Source: Ignicoccus pacificus DSM 13166
Lineage (GTDB): Archaea; Thermoproteota; Thermoprotei_A; Sulfolobales; Ignicoccaceae
Direction of reading: 5' to 3'
Assembly: GCA_025340205.1 (NCBI GenBank)
Contig: CP006868.1
Span: forward strand, 420,001-452,000
DNA: 32,000 nucleotides
The notes under the pieces were generated by a model. The model did no database searches. It worked only from the letters and a program-made list of their open reading frames with translations, and was not told where the DNA came from. Positions 15,532 through 22,805 of the stretch are shown piece by piece (position 1 is the first letter of the stretch; every line of letters begins with the position of its first letter). The position numbers were made by a program, and so were the translations under genes.

Positions 15532-17412
15532 ATGAGAGGGAAAGTGGCTTTACTGCTGCTCCTCCTAATGGTAGCAGTTAAGGCCGGCTGGGTACTATGG
15601 GTCGAGAATCCCAACAGCGTTACCTTAAGGGACTTTCAAGTGAGGGTAAAGCTCCCGGCAGAGCTCGACGGAATGCCTATCTCGATAACGTACAACGGAA
15701 AGCCAGTTCCCTTCTGCTATGAGACGTTCACGGGGGAGTGCAAGAGCGATCCCAACATGGGGAACGGCTACATTTGGGTGAAGGTGCCCTACATACCAGC
15801 CAACGGCAAGGTTATACTAAAGGTCAACGAAGGGTACAACGGCGCTACGAGCGGTGAGGAGGTCTTCGACTTCTACGAAGACTTCGATGAATATTCCAGC
15901 GGACCGCTGAGCAGCAACTACAAGTGGACGGTGAGCAGATATGCGAACGACTACTCTCACGAGTGCGTAATAGATAACGGAGTGCTCTGGCTGGTCAAGA
16001 GTTCTATAAAGAGAGGATGCAATATCATGGCCAACAACTTCAAGCTGAAGTACTACTCGAAAGCAGTGATAGAGTTCAGCTTCCTGGTTGACTACTACAA
16101 GGGTTACGTGAACGACGGAGATGGGTTAACGATAGTGATAGACGGTAAGAGCAACAAGCCTTGGTACGGGTGTTCCAGCGGCTTCTACTACCAGAACCAA
16201 GGAATAGATATAAACATCAACACCGATCAATGGAGCACTGGCTCAGTTAGCATAAGCAAGACCCCGGAGGCTTGCTCCATAGGCTGGGACGACCTCTCCT
16301 TTGCCTACGCCAGCCCCAAGAAGCACAACTTGGATTACGGAATAGTGAAGGTAACCCTAACTGGAAGCGAAGTAATAGTGAGCTATAAGGACATGGATCC
16401 AATAGACGGATTCGTCAAGGTAACCATAAGGAGGTCCGTCTGGAACCCCTACGGCAACGGCTACTTCATGATAGGAGCTGGCGACGGATGGAGCAGCGGG
16501 AACAATCCCGATTCCTCCCATGGAATAGACTGGATCAGGGTGAGGAAGTACGCCCCGAAGGAGCCCGAGGCGATGATAGTGAAGGAAGTGGAGCCGGTAA
16601 CGGTTACTAGAGTAGTGACCACTACTAAGACCGTGTTGGTCCCCTTAACTTACGTGGTGACCAAGTACGTAGTTACTACTATTCCGAGGTACGTCCCAAT
16701 AACCGTAAGGGTTCCAACTTACATAACGATAACTAGCTACATTCCAAAGCTTACAACCATAACTACGACAGCATGGTACACCACGACAGTAACCAAGGGC
16801 TACACGGTAACTAAGTTCGTACCGATAGTGATAAACAACGTGGTAACTAAGTACGTAACGCTCAGAGACACTATAACTGTGACCAAGGAGACTACTATCA
16901 TACTGACCAGCTTGACCACCACCACGGTGACCAAGTGGGTTCAAGTGCCTCAGCCTTACCCGGTGCCCTACGTAGTGACCCTCACCACTACGAAGGAGAT
17001 AACGGTGACTAGCCCCACTACCATCTACTTGTACAGATTCTTACCGACTACGGTAACGACCACCACTACGGTAACTATCCCAACGACCTCAGTAGTCACC
17101 AGCGATGAAGTAATAACGGTCCCGACCTACGTGGTGCTCACCCAAACGGTGCTTACTCCGATATACATTACGTCCTACATATTCAAGACGACGACAACTG
17201 TAGTAACGCAGTGGATAACGAAGACCTTGTATAGTACCGTCTACACAGCTACCACTACTATCTACACCATAGCTAACGTGGTATCCACCAGCACGATAAC
17301 CAAGTACATAATTGAAACAGTAACCGTGGCCAAGATACCGGCTCCAGCGCTTCTGGGCTTGTTAAGTTACCTACTCTTCAGAAGAAAGAAGAGAGGCGAC
17401 GTCTCTGACTAG
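15532..17412 (+). CDS. Secreted/surface protein: signal peptide, DUF2341/LamG-like N-terminal domains, long Thr/Val-rich module, C-terminal membrane anchor
   Basis: - The N-terminus is MRGKVALLLLLLMVAVKA.
- YIWVKVPYIPANGKVILKV...EEVFDFYEDFD is DUF2341-like.
- About 245 aa are composed almost only of T, V, I, Y, K, P and L.
- The tail is IPAPALLGLLSYLLFRRKKRGDVSD. Confidence 0.7.
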   Translation: MRGKVALLLLLLMVAVKAGWVLWVENPNSVTLRDFQVRVKLPAELDGMPISITYNGKPVPFCYETFTGECKSDPNMGNGYIWVKVPYIPANGKVILKVNEGYNGATSGEEVFDFYEDFDEYSSGPLSSNYKWTVSRYANDYSHECVIDNGVLWLVKSSIKRGCNIMANNFKLKYYSKAVIEFSFLVDYYKGYVNDGDGLTIVIDGKSNKPWYGCSSGFYYQNQGIDININTDQWSTGSVSISKTPEACSIGWDDLSFAYASPKKHNLDYGIVKVTLTGSEVIVSYKDMDPIDGFVKVTIRRSVWNPYGNGYFMIGAGDGWSSGNNPDSSHGIDWIRVRKYAPKEPEAMIVKEVEPVTVTRVVTTTKTVLVPLTYVVTKYVVTTIPRYVPITVRVPTYITITSYIPKLTTITTTAWYTTTVTKGYTVTKFVPIVINNVVTKYVTLRDTITVTKETTIILTSLTTTTVTKWVQVPQPYPVPYVVTLTTTKEITVTSPTTIYLYRFLPTTVTTTTTVTIPTTSVVTSDEVITVPTYVVLTQTVLTPIYITSYIFKTTTTVVTQWITKTLYSTVYTATTTIYTIANVVSTSTITKYIIETVTVAKIPAPALLGLLSYLLFRRKKRGDVSD

Positions 17413-19329
17413 CTCCCCCGCTCCCTTAAGCTTTTTCATTTTTTCCAAGTACTCCTTCCAGCTCACGCCCAACCTCTTCTTCCACTCCGGATAGGCCTTC
17501 CTCAGCTCTTCCTCCGCCCTCTCGTGAAGCTCACAGTACTTGCCCCTTCTGGGCCTAGAGCATAGGGGACACTTCTCCGGAGGCTCCAGCTCCCCTAAGG
17601 CGAAGGCCAGTTGCTTACCGGCCTCCTCTAAGTGGGGCATGTAGAGGGCTAGGAGCTGCTTGAGCACCTTTTTGGCCTCTCCAACCACCTCTTCCCTCTT
17701 CTTCTTCCTCATCCTTATCATTTCCATCTCTTGCTCGAATTTCCTAGTCAGCTCTACGCTAGTCAACTCGGAGAAGAAGTTGGCTAGGACAAAGGAAACC
17801 GCTATCCCTAGCTCAGTGGCATATACCTTCCCCCTGACACTCTTTAGATACCCCCTCGTGAAGAGGGTCTCCGCTATCCTGGCCCTAGTCGCCTCTGTAC
17901 CTATCCCAACCTTTTCCATCCACTTAACCAGACTCGCTTTGGTAAACCTCTCCGGGGCCTTGGTGTACTGCTGCCTTAAGGAGCATGAGGGGGTTACCAC
18001 CTCTCCTTTTGCAAAGGGAGGAATCTCCTTCTCTTGAGGAGCTGAGAAGGGGTAGTACAAGCTCCAGCCCTTCCAGACTTGCTTCCTCCCGACGGCCTTG
18101 AACTTCTCTCCGCTAATCTCGACTATCACCGTCTGCACCTCATACCTTGCTTTTGAAGCCATGGTTGCCATGAATCTCCTCACTATGAGGTCGTAGATCC
18201 TTTGATGATCCCTATCCAATCCTCTGGGGACCTTCCCAGTAGGATAGATCGCTGGATGTGCCGGGTCGTCCTTGGGACCGTTGTTGGGCTTGAATATTCC
18301 CTTTGTCTCCTTGAAGAGTGCCTTAACCAATCCTCCGTAGGGACTCTTGGAGAGGGATGTAAGTATTCCCTTGATGTCCAAGTCCTTCGGGTACTTCTGA
18401 CTGTTGGTCCTAGGGTAGGATATCAAGGCGTCTAGGTATAGGTCCTCCGCCAAGCTCTGCGTCTTGGCTGGGGAATAGCCGTAGAGTCTAGCTGCTTCAG
18501 CTTGGAGATCCGGCAAGTTGAAGGGGTGGGGAGGGCTCAGCTCCTCGGTCCTCTTTATTATATCAAGGACCTTCCCCACCTTACAATTCCTCTTCCACGC
18601 CTCCGCCTCGTTCCTCCTTTCGAATTTAAGGGAAGGCTCAAATGGAGTATCCTTTATCTTTACCGAAACGGTGAAGTAAGGGATTGGAACGAAGGTCTGT
18701 ATCTCGAGCTCCCTCTCCACGGCCTTTACCAAGGTGGGGCTCTGAACCCTCCCAGCGGAGAGGCTCCTCCTCTTGTTGGTCGCTTGCTTGTAGGCCCTCA
18801 TCAAGGCCCTAGAGACGTTTATTCCCCAGAGCCAGTCGAGCTCGTGCCTAGCCAGTCCGGCCTCCACCATCTCCCAGTCCAAGGGCCTTAGGTTCCTCCA
18901 CGCCTTCCTCAGCTCCTGAGGGGTTAGAGCGTGGAACACCATCCTCTTTGCTCTTTTCAAGTCGCCGAACTCTTTGATTATCATGAAACCTATAACAGAG
19001 CCTTCAATGTCGTAGTCACAAGCGTTGATATAAAGGGATGCTCCCTTGGATACTGAAGCCAACAAAGCGAGGAACTTCTTGGTATAGGAAGCTCCCTTCT
19101 CGACTTCGTATAGGGGCCTCCACTCGTACTCGTAGATCGGAAAGCCGGGGCTCTTGGATGCTAAGCCGAACAGATGACCGGCGGCAGGGGCAACTATTAT
19201 CCTCTTGCCGTTTACTATCTCCCAGTACGGGACGTTGTACTTCTTGTGCTTCCTAGCTTTCCCCAAGGCTAGGGCTATCTTCTCCGCAGCCTTGGGCTTC
19301 TCCGCTATCACCAGTATGTGGCCAGCCAT
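17371..19329 (-). CDS. topA: Type IA DNA topoisomerase (archaeal TopA/Topo III)
   Basis: The Toprim N-terminus is ILVIAEKPKAAEKIA with acidic DYDIEGS. The active-site Tyr motif is LISYPRTNSQKYP. A C-terminal Zn ribbon reads CPLCSRPRRGKYCELH. Confidence 0.9.
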   Translation of the reverse strand: MAGHILVIAEKPKAAEKIALALGKARKHKKYNVPYWEIVNGKRIIVAPAAGHLFGLASKSPGFPIYEYEWRPLYEVEKGASYTKKFLALLASVSKGASLYINACDYDIEGSVIGFMIIKEFGDLKRAKRMVFHALTPQELRKAWRNLRPLDWEMVEAGLARHELDWLWGINVSRALMRAYKQATNKRRSLSAGRVQSPTLVKAVERELEIQTFVPIPYFTVSVKIKDTPFEPSLKFERRNEAEAWKRNCKVGKVLDIIKRTEELSPPHPFNLPDLQAEAARLYGYSPAKTQSLAEDLYLDALISYPRTNSQKYPKDLDIKGILTSLSKSPYGGLVKALFKETKGIFKPNNGPKDDPAHPAIYPTGKVPRGLDRDHQRIYDLIVRRFMATMASKARYEVQTVIVEISGEKFKAVGRKQVWKGWSLYYPFSAPQEKEIPPFAKGEVVTPSCSLRQQYTKAPERFTKASLVKWMEKVGIGTEATRARIAETLFTRGYLKSVRGKVYATELGIAVSFVLANFFSELTSVELTRKFEQEMEMIRMRKKKREEVVGEAKKVLKQLLALYMPHLEEAGKQLAFALGELEPPEKCPLCSRPRRGKYCELHERAEEELRKAYPEWKKRLGVSWKEYLEKMKKLKGAGELVRDVASLLSSEE

Positions 19330-19495
19330 AATTACCGCTCGAGAGTAGGCGGAGGGAGATTTTTAGGAAAAGGAGGTCCCATGATCGAAACGTCCTTACC
19401 GCTTTGAAGCTCATCTGATCTTTACTCTAGGGTGGTGATGTGCATTTCTAACATGTCCCAGAAAGCAACACGATAGAGTAAGGGGGTAACGTAAG

Positions 19496-20384
19496 GTGAC
19501 TGTCCTTGGATTCGTCGATGAAAGCGGTACAATATCTCAACTCTTCACCAAAAGCAATAGGAACACAAAAAGACGTAGTGGTCCTAGCTATGGTAGTAAT
19601 GAATGACAGCAATTATGCTAAGTTTAAGTCTGAATGGATGAAGGAACTCCAAAACCTCTTTGGGGAGATATTTGAGAACATGGCATTATCCGTGAGAAAC
19701 AATCCTTTCGAACTGTACAAGATAGAAGATATTATGATGAAGAGACCTAAAATGGAATTACATACTCAAGACTTGGTATCCAAGGAGCACATATTCAGCT
19801 TCATTAGCACAGAACCTTCAACCAAGAGGCTCGACCCCTTTGTGGAAATCTTGAACCGCTATGCGAGCAATATTTACGCACTCCTCGTGAAGCGCTCAGC
19901 ACATAATCAGATCAATCCGGTGAAGAAGTGTTCGGATAATAAGGTATCACCTTGGGTCTTGACAAAGTTCACAGAAGCAGTACTGGAAAGTGAGAATATA
20001 CAGGATGACTTGTTCATTATAGTTGTTGACACTGATCCTAAAGCAGAATCGCCCTATAGTTATGAAACCGTGTTGGAGTTCCTTCGGAGAAGATTCTTTG
20101 ATACTTCCTCGAAGGCCTTATCTAAGTTCAACGCAATTAGTGTATTTCTATCTCCCTCCGAATGGGAACCGGGTATCCAAGCCGCTGACTTAGCATCTTA
20201 TATAATTAGAAAGGTTTACTCTGGCACTTCACACAACACGGAAAAGATGAAAGTTATTCATAACCTTTACAATAAGATCAGTAGGTGTGTAAGGTTGTTT
20301 GAGATTAGGCTGGATGATTGTAGCGAAAAATCCATCAGGAGCTCCAAAGTAAGAGAGATTGAAAGGGGCGTTCTCTGTGCGTGA
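19496..20384 (+). pseudogene. DUF3800-family gene interrupted by a +1 frameshift near an A-run (or recoded)
   Basis: From GTG 19496 one frame gives VTVLGFVDESGTISQLFTKS, the DUF3800 N-terminal DESG motif, and stops at 19604-19606. The long ORF (19506..20384) is in the next frame and carries DVVVLAMVV, ELHTQDL and GIQAADLASYII. Removing one A from the A5 run at 19567-19571 fuses them into 295 aa. Confidence 0.6.
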
Positions 20385-20435
20385 GTCGCTCCATGCGGCT
20401 CACGCATGCCCGGGTCGCTCCATGCGGCCCGGGGC
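20379..20435 (+). repeat. Two tandem GC-rich hairpins with an identical inner stem and loop
   Basis: The first is GCGTGAGTCGC-TCCAT-GCGGCTCACGC (20379-20405). The second is CCCGGGTCGC-TCCAT-GCGGCCCGGG (20409-20433). The shared 15-nt core GTCGCTCCATGCGGC occurs 29 nt apart. The first hairpin includes the stop codon of the DUF3800 gene. Confidence 0.6.
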
Positions 20436-20600
20436 TCCGTGCCTCCACACAGACTATGCCTTCCCTTCAATTAAATATTATAGTCCACAGAGAGAGCGAG
20501 CGCGGATCTCTACCCAACGAATGATAAATGAAGTGTCGTGAGTTGTGCTAGGTTAAGCGGAGCCGCGCTCAGTTTATACCTCGCCCTCCACTAGCTCCCG

Positions 20601-21674
20601 GTGCTCGAAGTGTTCAAGGTAGCGATCGTAGGAGCCTCCGGCTACACGGGAGGAGAGCTACTGAGGATCCTTGCCGTTCATCCTAAGGTTGAGGTGAAGG
20701 TAGCCACCTCAAGGGAGTACGCTGGAAAGCCCGTTTACTACGCCCATCCCCACCTGAGGGGAATCTACAGGAGGCTTAAGTTCACGAAACTGGAAAGCCC
20801 CGAGCAGCTAGCGGACGTCGTCGGAGATGTTGACTTGGTCTTCTTGGCCCTCCCCCACAAGGTCTCCCTCCACTTCGTCCCCAAAGCCTTGGAAATAGGC
20901 CTCAAGGTGGTTGACCTGAGCGCAGACTATAGGCTCAAGAGGATTGAGGATTACAAGAGATGGTACGGATACGAGCATCCTTATCCGGACCTCCTGGAAA
21001 AGGCTGTCTACGGAATTCCCGAGCTCTATGGTGAGAAGATCAAGGGAGCTCAGCTCGTAGCCAACCCCGGTTGCAACGCCACCTCCTCCATCTTAGCTGT
21101 AGTTCCCATAGCCTCAGCCGGCTTCATAGACTTAGATCACTTGGTAGTTGACGTGAAGGTGGGATCCTCTGAAGCGGGAGCGAAGCCCTACAGGGGAGGC
21201 CACCATCCGGAAAGGGAGGGGACCGCCAGGCCCTACGACGCTTCCGGTCATAGGCACGTAGCGGAGCTGGAGCAAGCGATTAGGGACTTCACCGGAAAGG
21301 ACGTGAGGGTGGGCTTTACTCCCCACGCGGTCAGTATGATAAGGGGTTCCCTAGCTTCGGCCTACTCTTGGCTAACCAAGGATGTCAAGGACCTAGACGT
21401 GCAGAGGGCCTACGCCAAGTTCTACGCTGGAAAGCCCTTCATCAAGATCATAAGAGGGCCTCCCATGCCCTACCCCGACGTGAAGAACGTGTACGGAAGC
21501 AACTACGCGGAGGTGGGCTTCGCCTTGGATAAGAGGGTCGGAAGGCTTGCTATGTTCGCTGCGATAGACAACCTCATGAAAGGGGCTGCCGGAGTGGCGG
21601 TTCAGAACATGAACTTGATGCTGGGAATAGAGGAGGACGAAGGTCTGAAGTACCTCATGCCCGTTAGGCCTTAA
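20601..21674 (+). CDS. argC: N-acetyl-gamma-glutamyl-phosphate reductase / LysW-aminoadipyl-phosphate reductase (ArgC/LysY)
   Basis: KVAIVGASGYTGGELLRIL is the Rossmann motif, and ANPGCNATS carries the catalytic Cys. The C-terminal DNLMKGAAG is also present. Confidence 0.9.
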   Translation: MLEVFKVAIVGASGYTGGELLRILAVHPKVEVKVATSREYAGKPVYYAHPHLRGIYRRLKFTKLESPEQLADVVGDVDLVFLALPHKVSLHFVPKALEIGLKVVDLSADYRLKRIEDYKRWYGYEHPYPDLLEKAVYGIPELYGEKIKGAQLVANPGCNATSSILAVVPIASAGFIDLDHLVVDVKVGSSEAGAKPYRGGHHPEREGTARPYDASGHRHVAELEQAIRDFTGKDVRVGFTPHAVSMIRGSLASAYSWLTKDVKDLDVQRAYAKFYAGKPFIKIIRGPPMPYPDVKNVYGSNYAEVGFALDKRVGRLAMFAAIDNLMKGAAGVAVQNMNLMLGIEEDEGLKYLMPVRP

Positions 21675-21679
21675 GAAGC

Positions 21680-21684
21680 TTTTT
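21680..21684 (+). terminator. Oligo-T tract directly after the argC stop (candidate archaeal terminator)
   Basis: The sequence TAAGAAGCTTTTTCAG has a T5 run 6 nt after the stop codon. Archaeal RNA polymerase terminates at oligo-T. Confidence 0.4.
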
Positions 21685-21685
21685 C

Positions 21686-21697
21686 AGACATTTGTCT
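21686..21697 (+). promoter_or_regulatory. Palindrome AGACA-TT-TGTCT with an extra TTGTCT half-site 21 nt downstream, upstream of the mevalonate operon
   Basis: AGACATTTGTCT is at 21686-21697 and AAATTGTCTTA at 21712-21722. A TTAATTAAT TATA-like element follows at about 21719-21727, about 35 nt before TTG 21761. Confidence 0.35.
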
Positions 21698-21760
21698 AAA
21701 GGACTCTTAGCAAATTGTCTTAATTAATCCGCTCCACTAGCCTCAGTCCGGAGGTCACGC

Positions 21761-22804
21761 TTGGTAGGCATTTCCGGATGGGGAGCCTACGTCCCCATGT
21801 ACCGAGTTAAGGGAGAGGACATAGCGGAGCACTGGGGAGCGGATCCCACCACCTGCCATTCCTTGGGGGTTCCAGAGAAGTCTGTAGCCGGACCGGAGGA
21901 GGATAGCGTAACCATGGCTTGGGAAGCGTCACAAAACGCAATCGCAAGAGCTCAGATAGATCCCTCCAAGATAGGAATGGTCTTCATAGGCTCCGAGTCA
22001 AAGCCTTACGCCGTGAAGCCCTCCGCTACCATATTGGCAGACGCCTTGGGAATAGCACCTCATACCATGGCAGTCGACGCTGAGTTCGCTTGCAGGGCCG
22101 GGAGCGAGGGACTCAGACACGCCTTAAGCATGGTTGATCACGGAACGGTCGAGGCGGCCTTGATCATAGGAAGCGACACCGCCCAAGGAGCTCCCGGAGA
22201 CGTGCTCGAGTACACCGCCGCCTCCGGAGCGGCCGCCTTCGTGGTCTCTAAGGAGAACGTGGTAGCTAAGCTGATAGATGCGACTACCTACGTGAGCGAT
22301 ACCCCGGACTTCTGGAGGAGGGACGGGAGCCCCTATCCTAGGCACGGAGAGGGCTTTACCGGCGAGCCTGCTTACTTCCACCACTTGGTCTCAGCCATAA
22401 AGGAGCTCATGGAGAGAAACAACATAACTCCCAACGACGTTACTTACTTCGTTCCTCACCAGCCCAACGCTAGGTTCCCCCTGAAGCTCGCCAAGATGCT
22501 CAAGTTCCCTAAGGAGAAGGTGTTGCCGGGCCTCACCACCGCTAAGATAGGCAACACCTACAACGCCTCAGCCTTCATGGGAATGACTAGGGTTCTTGAC
22601 ATAGCGAAGCCCGGAGACATAATTCTCATGGCTCCTTTCGGCTCAGGAGCTGGAGCAGATGCGTACCTCTTCGAGGTTACCGACAGGATAGAGGAGGTGA
22701 AGGAGCTGGCACCTCCGACCGACGCTTACCTAGACAGGAAGATTTACATCGATTACGGTATGTATTTGAGGTTTAGAAATAAGATCAAGAAGTTGGTGAG
22801 ATGA
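21761..22804 (+). CDS. Hydroxymethylglutaryl-CoA synthase (archaeal type)
   Basis: VGISGWGAYVPMYRV is present, the catalytic Cys context is DAEFACRAGSEGL, and HQPNARFP follows. The 347-aa size and operon with thiolase and DUF35 are typical of archaea. Confidence 0.88.
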   Translation: MVGISGWGAYVPMYRVKGEDIAEHWGADPTTCHSLGVPEKSVAGPEEDSVTMAWEASQNAIARAQIDPSKIGMVFIGSESKPYAVKPSATILADALGIAPHTMAVDAEFACRAGSEGLRHALSMVDHGTVEAALIIGSDTAQGAPGDVLEYTAASGAAAFVVSKENVVAKLIDATTYVSDTPDFWRRDGSPYPRHGEGFTGEPAYFHHLVSAIKELMERNNITPNDVTYFVPHQPNARFPLKLAKMLKFPKEKVLPGLTTAKIGNTYNASAFMGMTRVLDIAKPGDIILMAPFGSGAGADAYLFEVTDRIEEVKELAPPTDAYLDRKIYIDYGMYLRFRNKIKKLVR

Positions 22805-22805
22805 G

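Noticed and set aside
16645-19256. ORF 16645..16944(-) opposite the Thr/Val-rich region and four + strand ORFs inside topA
   Set aside because: They are antisense artefacts. The repetitive ACN/GTN codons of the surface protein keep the opposite strand open, and topA is unambiguous.
19330-19495. Possible C/D-box sRNA (CUGA ... GUGAUGU) or an 8-codon ORF after a strong AGGAGG in the topA/DUF3800 spacer
   Set aside because: Box order and spacing are wrong, with 16 nt between the D'-like and C'-like boxes and no terminal boxes. The mini-ORF is too short to support.
20267-20541. ORFs 20267..20470(-) and 20359..20541(+) spanning the hairpin region
   Set aside because: They run through the GC-rich hairpins and the AT-rich promoter-like stretch. 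They show no coding bias and are better explained as non-coding structured sequence.
20519-20575. Possible C/D-box sRNA (AUGAUAA ... UGAAG ... GUGAG)
   Set aside because: There is no proper C box (RUGAUGA) adjacent to the terminal stem and no CUGA D box near the 3' stem. The spacing does not fit the archaeal C/D layout. The region is kept only as a generic stem-closed element.
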